A stretch of DNA of 64,000 bases from a virus. The stretch spans positions 1 to 64,000 of the IMG/VR virus record IMGVR_UViG_3300046028_006919, one strand, 5' to 3'. Under the pieces are notes generated by a model. That model was not told the origin of the DNA, made no database searches, and worked only from the letters and a program-made list of their open reading frames with translations. Position numbers and translations under genes: made by a program. Below are positions 56,080-64,000 of the stretch, in pieces. Position 1 is the stretch's first letter. Each line of letters starts with the position of its first letter.

Positions 56080-57063
56080 TTAAAATCTAGCTTTTTTAAG
56101 TCCTTCGTAGCTTGATTGACTGTTGATTGCTACAACAGCGTATCCAATTTGTGTTGCGACTGAAATTGATTTAATTTTACTCATACCAAAACCAATTGGA
56201 CCAGTACCCTTATCCAAAGAATCACTAATAACCAATTCGGTAAGAACTGATTTCTCAATACGACCCAATGCTGGCCCAGACAACACACCGTGGCTAATAA
56301 TCGCTCTTACACTGTTAGCACCAGCTTCCATGACAACCTCAGCCGCTTTACATAGTGTACCAGCGGTATCAACCATATCATCTAAGATGATAACGTCTTT
56401 GCCAGTTACATCACCAATGATAATCATTTCATCGATTACATTGGCTTGTTTACGCGTTTTATCCAACATAACGTAATTGATTGAAATATCGTGATACTTG
56501 GCTAGTTGGTCTTTCATACGTTTAACTCTTTTTCCAGAACCAGCATCAGGCCCGCACAATATTGTGTTTTCGTTGTAGATACTAGCAATGTAGTTATCGA
56601 ATACGTTTTTACCTTCCAAGTGTGTTACTGGAATATTGAAGAACCCTTGGATTTGGTCTGCGTGTAAATCAAACGTAATAACACCAGTAGCCCCACGATT
56701 TTCAATCATTTCAACCATCACCTTCGCACCGATTGGTCCACGTGATTGGTCTTTTTTGTCTTGACGAGCATAAGGGAAATAAGGTAAAATAGCAACAATT
56801 TCTTTAGCAGCAGCACGTTTGGCTGCATCTATAGCTAAATTTAACTTGATGATTTCATCAGAGTTATTTGGGCTAGTTAACAAATAAACTCTTTTACCTC
56901 TAATCGAATTTGTAAAGTCAACACATAATTCACCATCGGAAAATTTCTGTGAGTTGACAGTATCAATAACAATTGGGTCTTTTTTTATTTGTTTGATTGA
57001 GTTAAGGATAGCTTGGGCCAAATCTTGTCGACCATCAATTGCTATAAGGACTGATTCTAACAT
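56080..57063 (-). CDS. prs: Ribose-phosphate pyrophosphokinase
   Basis: FSDGE, PYFPYARQDKK, DLHADQIQGFF, PDAG and ILDDMVDTAGT motifs. Confidence 0.92.
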   Translation of the reverse strand: MLESVLIAIDGRQDLAQAILNSIKQIKKDPIVIDTVNSQKFSDGELCVDFTNSIRGKRVYLLTSPNNSDEIIKLNLAIDAAKRAAAKEIVAILPYFPYARQDKKDQSRGPIGAKVMVEMIENRGATGVITFDLHADQIQGFFNIPVTHLEGKNVFDNYIASIYNENTILCGPDAGSGKRVKRMKDQLAKYHDISINYVMLDKTRKQANVIDEMIIIGDVTGKDVIILDDMVDTAGTLCKAAEVVMEAGANSVRAIISHGVLSGPALGRIEKSVLTELVISDSLDKGTGPIGFGMSKIKSISVATQIGYAVVAINSQSSYEGLKKARF

Positions 57064-57302
57064 ATCTTGTAATTTTTAACAAAGATACAAAATAAAAAAT
57101 GAATAACCAAATGGTTATTCATCTTTTTTTAATTTTTTGCTCAACCAATAGGCTCCATAGGCTATTGCAGCTGCTATGGCTATGTATTTCACAAGGTGAA
57201 CAAAGATAACCACACCAACAAATACCATCTTGAATATGATTATAGCTAGCAAAGCTGCTAGGAAAAATAAGATTATTTTAAGTTTCATATATTTATTTTT
57301 TT

Positions 57303-57662
57303 TTAGTTAATTTTTTTCCACACTCTATCATGCCATTTTGTTTTATATAACCCCAACTCGTAGTTTCCATTGTACAAAACAATATCCAACGCTGTTGGAA
57401 GTTCATTGTATAAATTATCCCACTCGGCTTTTTGTTCATCTGTATATTCAATTGTTTCTTCGGTGTTAAATGGGTTAAAGTTGGTTGGTTTACCATTTAA
57501 TATAACATCAATCGCCTCATACAGATTATCTTCACCAAATGGTGGGATATAATCATCACCATCGTTATGCATGTTTACTATAAAACCACCCTTCATACCC
57601 CATCGCAAGTTCTTCAACAGTTTTACATGTTCTTCTTTTAATTCAAATTTAATTACACTCAT
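57303..57662 (-). CDS. Hypothetical protein
   Basis: 119-aa ORF. Confidence 0.65.
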   Translation of the reverse strand: MSVIKFELKEEHVKLLKNLRWGMKGGFIVNMHNDGDDYIPPFGEDNLYEAIDVILNGKPTNFNPFNTEETIEYTDEQKAEWDNLYNELPTALDIVLYNGNYELGLYKTKWHDRVWKKIN

Positions 57663-58414
57663 TATTCGTCATTTTTATTATCTCCAACGGCTTGTACCAT
57701 TAGATTATTTACTAGTTCTGTAACACCTTCAACGGCACCTTTTTTGATGTATGTGATGTCTAATTCTGGGTATTCTAACCCCAAAGACTTTGTAGGTTCT
57801 GGGTCAACGAAATAAATTGGTATGTTTTTTTTGCATTTACTAAAAAACTCATAAGTATAACCAATATTCATACTAGTACCTATCACAATTATAATGTCAG
57901 CTTCTATAAACGCTTCCAAGGCGTTATAAAAGAAGAATGGATACTCACCAAACCAAACAATGTGTGGTCTTAACTGTGCACCATACTCTTCGTCTTTATC
58001 CCCCATATTTATATCGTTATAACCAATATCATAAACAGTTTGAGTTGCAACTAGGTTTGGGTTGTTCATACCAAAACATGTTCTTGCTTTGGTCAACTCA
58101 CCATGCAAATGGATTATATTAGTTGAACCAGCTCTTTCCAATAAATCATCTACGTTTTGTGTAATGTGTATTACATCATATTTTGATTCAAGTGTGACCA
58201 ATGCATTGTGAGCATCATTAGGTTGAACAGTTGGGAGTTGTCTACGTCTAGCATTGTAAAAATCCAACACCTGAGAGCGGTCTTTTCTCCAACCTTCTGG
58301 AGTAGCTACTTCATCAATCTTGAAATTTTCCCATAATCCATTAGAATCTCTAAAAGTGTCAATACCAGATTCTTTACTAACACCAGCACCAGTAAATATT
58401 ACTATTTTTTTCAT
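57662..58414 (-). CDS. Sir2/CobB-family NAD-dependent deacylase
   Basis: TGAGVSKESGIDTFR, TQNVDDL.ERAG, HLHGEL, LRPHIVWFGE and IGTS motifs. Confidence 0.92.
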   Translation of the reverse strand: MKKIVIFTGAGVSKESGIDTFRDSNGLWENFKIDEVATPEGWRKDRSQVLDFYNARRRQLPTVQPNDAHNALVTLESKYDVIHITQNVDDLLERAGSTNIIHLHGELTKARTCFGMNNPNLVATQTVYDIGYNDINMGDKDEEYGAQLRPHIVWFGEYPFFFYNALEAFIEADIIIVIGTSMNIGYTYEFFSKCKKNIPIYFVDPEPTKSLGLEYPELDITYIKKGAVEGVTELVNNLMVQAVGDNKNDE

Positions 58415-58740
58415 TATCTACCGCTTATTAACTTTAAGATTTGAACTAAGATTTTTAACATGATGAAAAACCCACCAACAAATCCGAAATTATACCAAGC
58501 ACCATTGTTATGTATCGCATATACAGCAATATCATCCCAGATAAGACTACCAATAAAGCTTGGAAACATTATCATACCGTGCCAAGTCCCACCCCAAAAA
58601 CCATATATTTGTTCGTTAGGGTTGGTAAACGTAACATGTGCAACATCAGCACAGCTTATAGTCAACATTGCAACCAGCAACACTAACAAAATTGTAAATA
58701 TTCTATTTTTCATTTGTATTTTATTATTTATTCTCGCCAT
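58414..58740 (-). CDS. Membrane lipoprotein
   Basis: LTISC lipobox; YGFWGGTWHG...NNGAWYNFGF. Confidence 0.6.
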   Translation of the reverse strand: MARINNKIQMKNRIFTILLVLLVAMLTISCADVAHVTFTNPNEQIYGFWGGTWHGMIMFPSFIGSLIWDDIAVYAIHNNGAWYNFGFVGGFFIMLKILVQILKLISGR

Positions 58741-59167
58741 AATGGTTCAACATCAAATCATAAACCTCTTGCCATTCTGTTTCTGGGTTGAACCCAGCTT
58801 TGTCTTCAAACAAAACATTCATATAAGGTTTTTTATTGTAATTCCCATAACCGTTTGGGTCAGTGGGAACCTCTGGGTTCTCATTTACATATTTGAAATG
58901 AATATCGTTATCAACGAACAATTTTTGATACTCAACTATTTCATGTGGGTGAGAACACGTATACAAGAACATAACAACTTCTGATATCTTACCCAATAAT
59001 TGTAATGTTTCTTTTGCCATCGGATAAAACTCGTCAGGCGTGTTACCGTATTGGTAATTGGGTTTAAGTATGGTACCATGGATATCAAACGCCCAAAACG
59101 TTCTATCCCAATTTCTTTTTTCTTTCAGTTCGAAATGATTAATTTCTATTGCTCTTTTTACACTCAT
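58724..59167 (-). CDS. HAD-like protein
   Basis: FDIHGTI...LYTCS...LFEDKAGF. Confidence 0.6.
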   Translation of the reverse strand: MSVKRAIEINHFELKEKRNWDRTFWAFDIHGTILKPNYQYGNTPDEFYPMAKETLQLLGKISEVVMFLYTCSHPHEIVEYQKLFVDNDIHFKYVNENPEVPTDPNGYGNYNKKPYMNVLFEDKAGFNPETEWQEVYDLMLNHYGENK

Positions 59168-59344
59168 TGGAAAATTTTATTATAATCTAACACTTTCATC
59201 GAATAATAGGTATTACCTTGTTTAAAGAAAACCGTATTACCAAACTGTGATTTATTTACTGGTGACCATTTTTTAACAACACTGATAGCTATGTTTATTT
59301 CACCTTCGTTGGCAACACCAACTTTAACTGTTTCTTCAGCCATT

Positions 59345-59911
59345 TTAAATATTTAAAAAACTTATTATCTTTTCTTTGACACCAGATTGTTTGATACCTT
59401 CGTATAGTCTTGGTGTGTGAACAAAATTCGTTAAACCACCGTTTGTTTCGCCGTCTATGTTTATGTATTCACCTAGTTGCATATCATCAACAGCTACCCA
59501 AGCATCAACTGAGTTATTCTTTAACCAATGGTTGATTTCAAGGATTCTAGCACGTTCATACCATCCTTTATAGTGGAATAAAACCTCACTATATTCGTCA
59601 AAATCCTTAAGATTTGGTGTTAGCGCTATGGGTTTTTTAATAATACCTTGCAACCCATAAAACTCACCTAACTCTTCAAGATTAGCCCATCTCTTCCAAT
59701 CAGACGAAACAACAATCTCAGCACCAGTTTCTTCTAGGATTTCATTAAGAACCTTGATTGCTTTAGAATTGAAATTGTCGAATCGTTCTATGACTGGTAT
59801 AGACCCGTCAGCTATTGTTTGTCCGACACTTCTGTTTTGTTTCTTGAATCTGCTACCAAATTCACTACCCAAACAAATTACGCCGTCATGGTCTAAAAAT
59901 AATGCTTTCAT
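59345..59911 (-). CDS. HAD domain protein (Swiss Army Knife RNA-repair-like)
   Basis: FLDHDGV...IVVSSDWK...R..EI..WL...WVAVDD. Confidence 0.75.
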   Translation of the reverse strand: MKALFLDHDGVICLGSEFGSRFKKQNRSVGQTIADGSIPVIERFDNFNSKAIKVLNEILEETGAEIVVSSDWKRWANLEELGEFYGLQGIIKKPIALTPNLKDFDEYSEVLFHYKGWYERARILEINHWLKNNSVDAWVAVDDMQLGEYINIDGETNGGLTNFVHTPRLYEGIKQSGVKEKIISFLNI

Positions 59912-59941
59912 ATTACAAAGATACGAATTTATTTTGAAAAA

Positions 59942-60604
59942 TCAAATATTTTTTCTTTTTTTTACTTCATTTAATCTGTCCCAATGATATCCACCAGCAG
60001 TTTTTTGTTTACCATCAAGACAACCTTGAATATCACCTTTACCTAACCATCTTTTAGCTTCGTTAATACTTTTAAAAATTTGATTAGTTTCAACACACTT
60101 AATAATAGAATAAACTCTTTTTTCTAAATTAGCTTTTGCGTTATTTTGTTTATGTTCTTCAGTATGTGTTTTACCAGAATGAGATATTTTAAGTTTTTCT
60201 TTAGTTTCTTTTGAATGATTATATTCACCTTTTTGTCTATAAACTCTTTTTTTTCGACTAACCATTTGTTTTTTAACATATTCTGGGTCAGACCATAGTT
60301 TTTTACTTACTTTAGATAAATGTTCAATAGATGATGTTAAACCACCATCACCACCCTTAGTTATATTGTAACCAACCAAAATATCTGTAGAATTATATTC
60401 TTTTATCCAGTATTGTTCTCTCGCTTTAAGTTCATCTTTATTTAAACATGTTTCAAGTATTTCTTTTTTAAAATTTTCTTTACCATATTTTTTAATAGAC
60501 CTAGTTATTAATAAACCAGAACCAATGTAATTTGGTGTATTTTTTTCATCTTTACCAATGTAAATTTTACCATTAATTAAATTTGTTGTTTTATATATTA
60601 TCAT
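59942..60604 (-). mobile_element. Free-standing GIY-YIG homing endonuclease with NUMOD-type tail
   Basis: IIYKTTNLINGKIYIGK...YIGSG...GYNITKGGDGG, HSKETKEKLK and KTAGGYHW motifs. Confidence 0.85.
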
Positions 60605-60667
60605 ATTATTTGTTTATTAATAAATATCACGAACCATATAAAAAAACAACTATAGGGTTAATTTTTA

Positions 60668-61336
60668 TTAAGGTTTATAATTAACAATCGTCACATCTTC
60701 ACCATTCATTTCTTCTTGGATAATTCTTTCAATAATATCCCAATCACCGTTTGCTAATCCAGCACCTATTTTTGGTAAACCAAACTTTTTACCTTTAAAT
60801 TTAATTACCATATTTTGTATAGACAATCTTAATGCATCATATTTAACCATAACTTCATTATAGTGCGTTTTGTTAAAATGGTACATACCATACAAGTTAA
60901 CAACGATAGGTGTTGTAGTTTCAGTGTAAGTTATTGTACCCAATTTTGATTGGTCCCCCGATGTGGTTGTACAATCAGCAGCATAAGCTTCTGGAAACTT
61001 GTGTTTAATTTGTGGGGCTATACCTGCACCCATCACGCAAAAACAATTACAGCAATGGGCTATAACGTCGTAGTTATCGGCATCCCTAACTAGGTCGCCA
61101 TCAATGTATTTTATCATAGTTAATATTGGTGTTGTAAATTTACGGTACAAGAACACAGTTTCAGCGCTGTATCTTCTTCTACCGTTTATAATTGTTGGAT
61201 TTAAAACCGTATCGATTGTTTTTAATCGATGTTTTCCGATTTTAAGAATGTGTTTTACTATTCCGCTTCTTAGCGTTTTAAATTTCCCAGTCTTTTTGAT
61301 TAGAAAATCAGTTTTTTGGTAATTGTCTTTTAACAT
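60668..61336 (-). CDS. Macrodomain (ADP-ribose processing) protein; macro domain begins at MIKYIDGDL (61117)
   Basis: GDL...IAHCCNCFCVMGAGIA...LPKIGAGLANGDW. Confidence 0.85.
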   Translation of the reverse strand: MLKDNYQKTDFLIKKTGKFKTLRSGIVKHILKIGKHRLKTIDTVLNPTIINGRRRYSAETVFLYRKFTTPILTMIKYIDGDLVRDADNYDVIAHCCNCFCVMGAGIAPQIKHKFPEAYAADCTTTSGDQSKLGTITYTETTTPIVVNLYGMYHFNKTHYNEVMVKYDALRLSIQNMVIKFKGKKFGLPKIGAGLANGDWDIIERIIQEEMNGEDVTIVNYKP

Positions 61337-61818
61337 TATTTGCTTTCTTCGTCAAATTTATCTCTAACTTTCATAATAGCCTCACCAAGCCAGTTGGTTC
61401 CTTGCCATTTTGTTTTGTCGTTAATGTCTGGGTGTGATTCGTGCATACCAATACCCCAGATTTTATCTTCTGGACTAGCTTCAACTATTTCTAAATTACC
61501 ACTTCGTAACAATTCTTTTTTCATCAAAGGATTTTGACTAAACTTAGCGTAGTTAGCCTCATACACAACTTCACGACATATAGCTTCCCATTTGTCCTTG
61601 TTAAAGTTTTTAACCTTACGTCCGAGAGCTTTTTGTTCTTTAGGTCCTTTGGCATTCATTATTTTGTTGTAAGAATCAACGTCTTCAAACAATAAAGATT
61701 TTTTGGCCATCATGTATTGCTCACAACAGTTGTATTCAACACCATCGATTGTAAAGTTTGAGGGGTACCACTGACTGAATGTGCCACCCCAAAAGAATAT
61801 ATATTTATCTGTTTTCAT
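61336..61818 (-). CDS. NADAR family protein
   Basis: FSQWYPS...EQYMMAKK...KALGRKV...KFSQN...VEASPEDKIWGIG...GTNWLG. Confidence 0.9.
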   Translation of the reverse strand: MKTDKYIFFWGGTFSQWYPSNFTIDGVEYNCCEQYMMAKKSLLFEDVDSYNKIMNAKGPKEQKALGRKVKNFNKDKWEAICREVVYEANYAKFSQNPLMKKELLRSGNLEIVEASPEDKIWGIGMHESHPDINDKTKWQGTNWLGEAIMKVRDKFDEESK

Positions 61819-61840
61819 AATTACTAAATTAAAAATTCTA

Positions 61841-62086
61841 TTATTTTTTTGTTTTTATTAATGTTGGTTTAAAAATTAATCTTAGTCCGAACTCTTCGGA
61901 ACCATTAGTGAGCACATCAATCTCATGTCTTGATAAAATATTGTTTTCAACAAATTCAGTCATTAGAACATATTTGTTGCAAACTGCTTTATATAAAACC
62001 ATTAGTTTATCATTTTCCATTTTAAAAAATATATCATCACCATGTTGCGTTTTCTTAACAATTGGTTTTAACATGTTTTTACCCAT
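61841..62086 (-). CDS. Hypothetical protein
   Basis: 81-aa ORF. Confidence 0.55.
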   Translation of the reverse strand: MGKNMLKPIVKKTQHGDDIFFKMENDKLMVLYKAVCNKYVLMTEFVENNILSRHEIDVLTNGSEEFGLRLIFKPTLIKTKK

Positions 62087-63644
62087 TTAATTTAGCTCGT
62101 TCTCTTACTTCTTCAAAGGTCCATTCTTTAAGGATTTCACCATTTCTGAACACTTCAACCAGTTCGTCGGTTACACTATCGAAATCAGCATCCATCGATG
62201 TAACAGTTCTGTATGTACCATCTTCATTCTTAACCAATTTAAGTTTACCTTGTTTTGATTTTTTAAATGATTTGGTAATGTTGCCATCAGCATCCATTTC
62301 AGTTGGTGATTTAACAATGTTTCTTTCTTCACCATTAACGATTGCAAAACACGCTTTGGTGGCGAAGTTTTGTGTGTCGCGGTTGATGTCAGCTTGTAAC
62401 AATTTACCACCCATACCCAACGCTAAGTTCTCTGGTGAAATACCTTCAAAGTCTAACATTTCATAGATTTCTTTAATTGATTCTAAGTTCACACCATCAC
62501 CTTGGATAACACGCACTTGTGGTGGCAATACTTTGTAACCTTTATCATTCACAGTATATCCGAATTTATCGAACAATATGTGGAAAATCTCTCTTAATGA
62601 ATTGATTACGTGACCTGAGTCAGGTCTGATAACCAATTGATTACCTGGCTCACTTGGTCGTGATAATATAAGGTCAATAAGGTCTTGACCCCAATATTGT
62701 GAACATGCTCTAAAAATGTTGTAAGAATCAGACACACAAGCCACCAAACCAGTTGGGAACATGGTCAACACTTTTCTCATCATTTCCAATTCACCCTCTT
62801 CACCTTTAAGGGTCATGATAGAGTGTTCTGTTGCTGGAATAGATAAACCATAAATGATTTCTGTGTTGTAAATTTCTCTAATCATCTTAGAAGCAATTAC
62901 AGTATCTGAACCCTTGAAATTCACCAAGTGCGCTGAACCACCAATCTTAGCTGATTGAACACTTGATACGCCACGGAACCCAAAGTCATTCAACACAAAG
63001 TCAACCAAGAACTCACGTAACGCAGTGTCATAAGACGTACATTTTTGGAACGCAGAATCAACAATCTTTCTTACTTCTCTAGAAAGAGTAGCAACCGTAA
63101 TAGGGTACCATACTTGAAGCAAGATTGACTCTAAGAAGTTTGTCAACCAAGCACATTCTGGGTCAAGACTTTCAATTGTAAACAACACGTTTTTGGTTTC
63201 AACGACAGTCCCTTCTGGAACAGCTTTGATACTGATAGGTAATTTACCATCATATTTGTCAACGATATAATCAAACTTGCTTCTGTCAAATACATCATCA
63301 CGACCGAAGACACCTAATTTGGTACCTAAGTATTCGTAAGCTTCATCAACTTCTTCTTTTACGATTGCAATACCCTCAAGGTATTGTTTAAGGATAATTT
63401 GTAGACCGTAAAATACAGTGGTATTAAATTTACCACCTCTAGATTCCAAATATGAAATCATTTTGGTCATTTCAACACCGTAGAATCTGTGGTGTGAATA
63501 TTTGTAAGCATCGCTACACAAGATAAGGTTATCTGGTTTAACAAGTACTTTTGATAATACTTTTTGGATTGATTTGATATCATTCAAATCAGCGTTGGCT
63601 AACGCTCTCTCTAGTCTTCTGACTAAGTTTCTTTGTATACTCAT
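62079..63644 (-). CDS. nadV: Nicotinamide phosphoribosyltransferase (NAMPT/NadV-like)
   Basis: SDAYKYSH, DFGFRGVSS, GSDT, SIPATEHS, VSDSY, VIRPDSG, IQGDG, GMGGKLLQ and KKSKQG motifs. Confidence 0.92.
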   Translation of the reverse strand: MSIQRNLVRRLERALANADLNDIKSIQKVLSKVLVKPDNLILCSDAYKYSHHRFYGVEMTKMISYLESRGGKFNTTVFYGLQIILKQYLEGIAIVKEEVDEAYEYLGTKLGVFGRDDVFDRSKFDYIVDKYDGKLPISIKAVPEGTVVETKNVLFTIESLDPECAWLTNFLESILLQVWYPITVATLSREVRKIVDSAFQKCTSYDTALREFLVDFVLNDFGFRGVSSVQSAKIGGSAHLVNFKGSDTVIASKMIREIYNTEIIYGLSIPATEHSIMTLKGEEGELEMMRKVLTMFPTGLVACVSDSYNIFRACSQYWGQDLIDLILSRPSEPGNQLVIRPDSGHVINSLREIFHILFDKFGYTVNDKGYKVLPPQVRVIQGDGVNLESIKEIYEMLDFEGISPENLALGMGGKLLQADINRDTQNFATKACFAIVNGEERNIVKSPTEMDADGNITKSFKKSKQGKLKLVKNEDGTYRTVTSMDADFDSVTDELVEVFRNGEILKEWTFEEVRERAKLNG

Positions 63645-63646
63645 AA

Positions 63647-64000
63647 TTATTTTATTTTTACGTTTTCAAAATCAACATGTAAGTCAGTAGTAAATTCTTT
63701 CCCATATCTGTTTTTAACAACCTTGATATAAACATTTGGTTCTTTTTTCCAAAACATAAGTTTGTTCAACAATCTAACAAAAAATGTTTTTTCTTTTGAT
63801 TCTTTTCGAGTAACAACTGCAAATATATCCGTAGAATATAACGGAACCTTGTTGGTTTCAACCACACCTTCTTGTGGTTTAAATCGGTTTAATTGAATGC
63901 TAGTAATAACAGCAACACCATAATGTTTAGACAATTCAGATATTTTTTCAAATTGATTTGGTTTAACTTGATAATCAACCACTATTAAATCATAATCCTT
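63647..64000 (-). CDS. DnaB-like helicase C-terminal segment (partial, enters from the window end)
   Basis: Open frame from 64000: KDYDLIVVDY...VAVITSIQLNR...VVKNRYG. Confidence 0.55.
   Translation of the reverse strand, partial: KDYDLIVVDYQVKPNQFEKISELSKHYGVAVITSIQLNRFKPQEGVVETNKVPLYSTDIFAVVTRKESKEKTFFVRLLNKLMFWKKEPNVYIKVVKNRYGKEFTTDLHVDFENVKIK

Noticed and set aside
52749-60604. Group I introns or inteins hosting the LAGLIDADG and GIY-YIG genes
   Set aside because: The flanking genes appear complete, the intergenic gaps are too short for an intron core, and each endonuclease has its own start and upstream motif.
85-62466. Most plus-strand ORFs in the track
   Set aside because: They are antisense shadows of minus-strand genes (Ser/Leu/Phe-rich, no promoter). 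Only 22178, 52607 and 52749 are accepted.
1-64000. Stop-codon reassignment (alternative genetic code), as seen in some large phages
   Set aside because: Well-known genes (rnr, NAMPT, prs, rpoD) are full length under the standard code, and genes end in TAA, TAG or TGA.

Overview
This window is part of a large, AT-rich (roughly 30% GC by eye) jumbo-type bacteriophage genome, almost entirely coded on the minus strand. The host is most likely a Bacteroidota member: Bacteroidota-type sigma70 promoters (TTTG-N~19-TAnnTTTG) precede dozens of genes, there are no Shine-Dalgarno motifs, and a short Bacteroidota-like RpoD is encoded. Layout: (i) 1-22 kb is an early/host-takeover region of small genes, each with its own near-identical promoter module, plus two aberrant tRNA-like RNAs and a six-copy palindromic motif. 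(ii) 25.2-29.2 kb is a tandem array of 20 diverged MORN-variant (YwqK-like) mini-genes, chained by an overlapping stop/start junction (YYAR*/M-x-D-K) and interleaved with a DUF6745-like gene pair. (iii) 30-40 kb holds small hypothetical, membrane, DenV-like and LemA-like genes. (iv) 40-56 kb is a transcription/translation/RNA-repair block: RpoD, SmpB, glycosyltransferase plus a GG-leader-like peptide, two more tRNA-like RNAs, RNase R, IF-3, Smr, HADs, a T5 A1-like protein and Thg1. (v) 56-64 kb is an NAD+/ADP-ribose island: Prs, Sir2, macrodomain, NADAR and NAMPT. Three free-standing endonuclease genes (HNH, LAGLIDADG, GIY-YIG) are present. All family calls come from motif recognition by eye; no database search was run. 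The strongest candidates for an undescribed system are the YYAR mini-gene array and the family of anticodon-aberrant tRNA-like RNAs.
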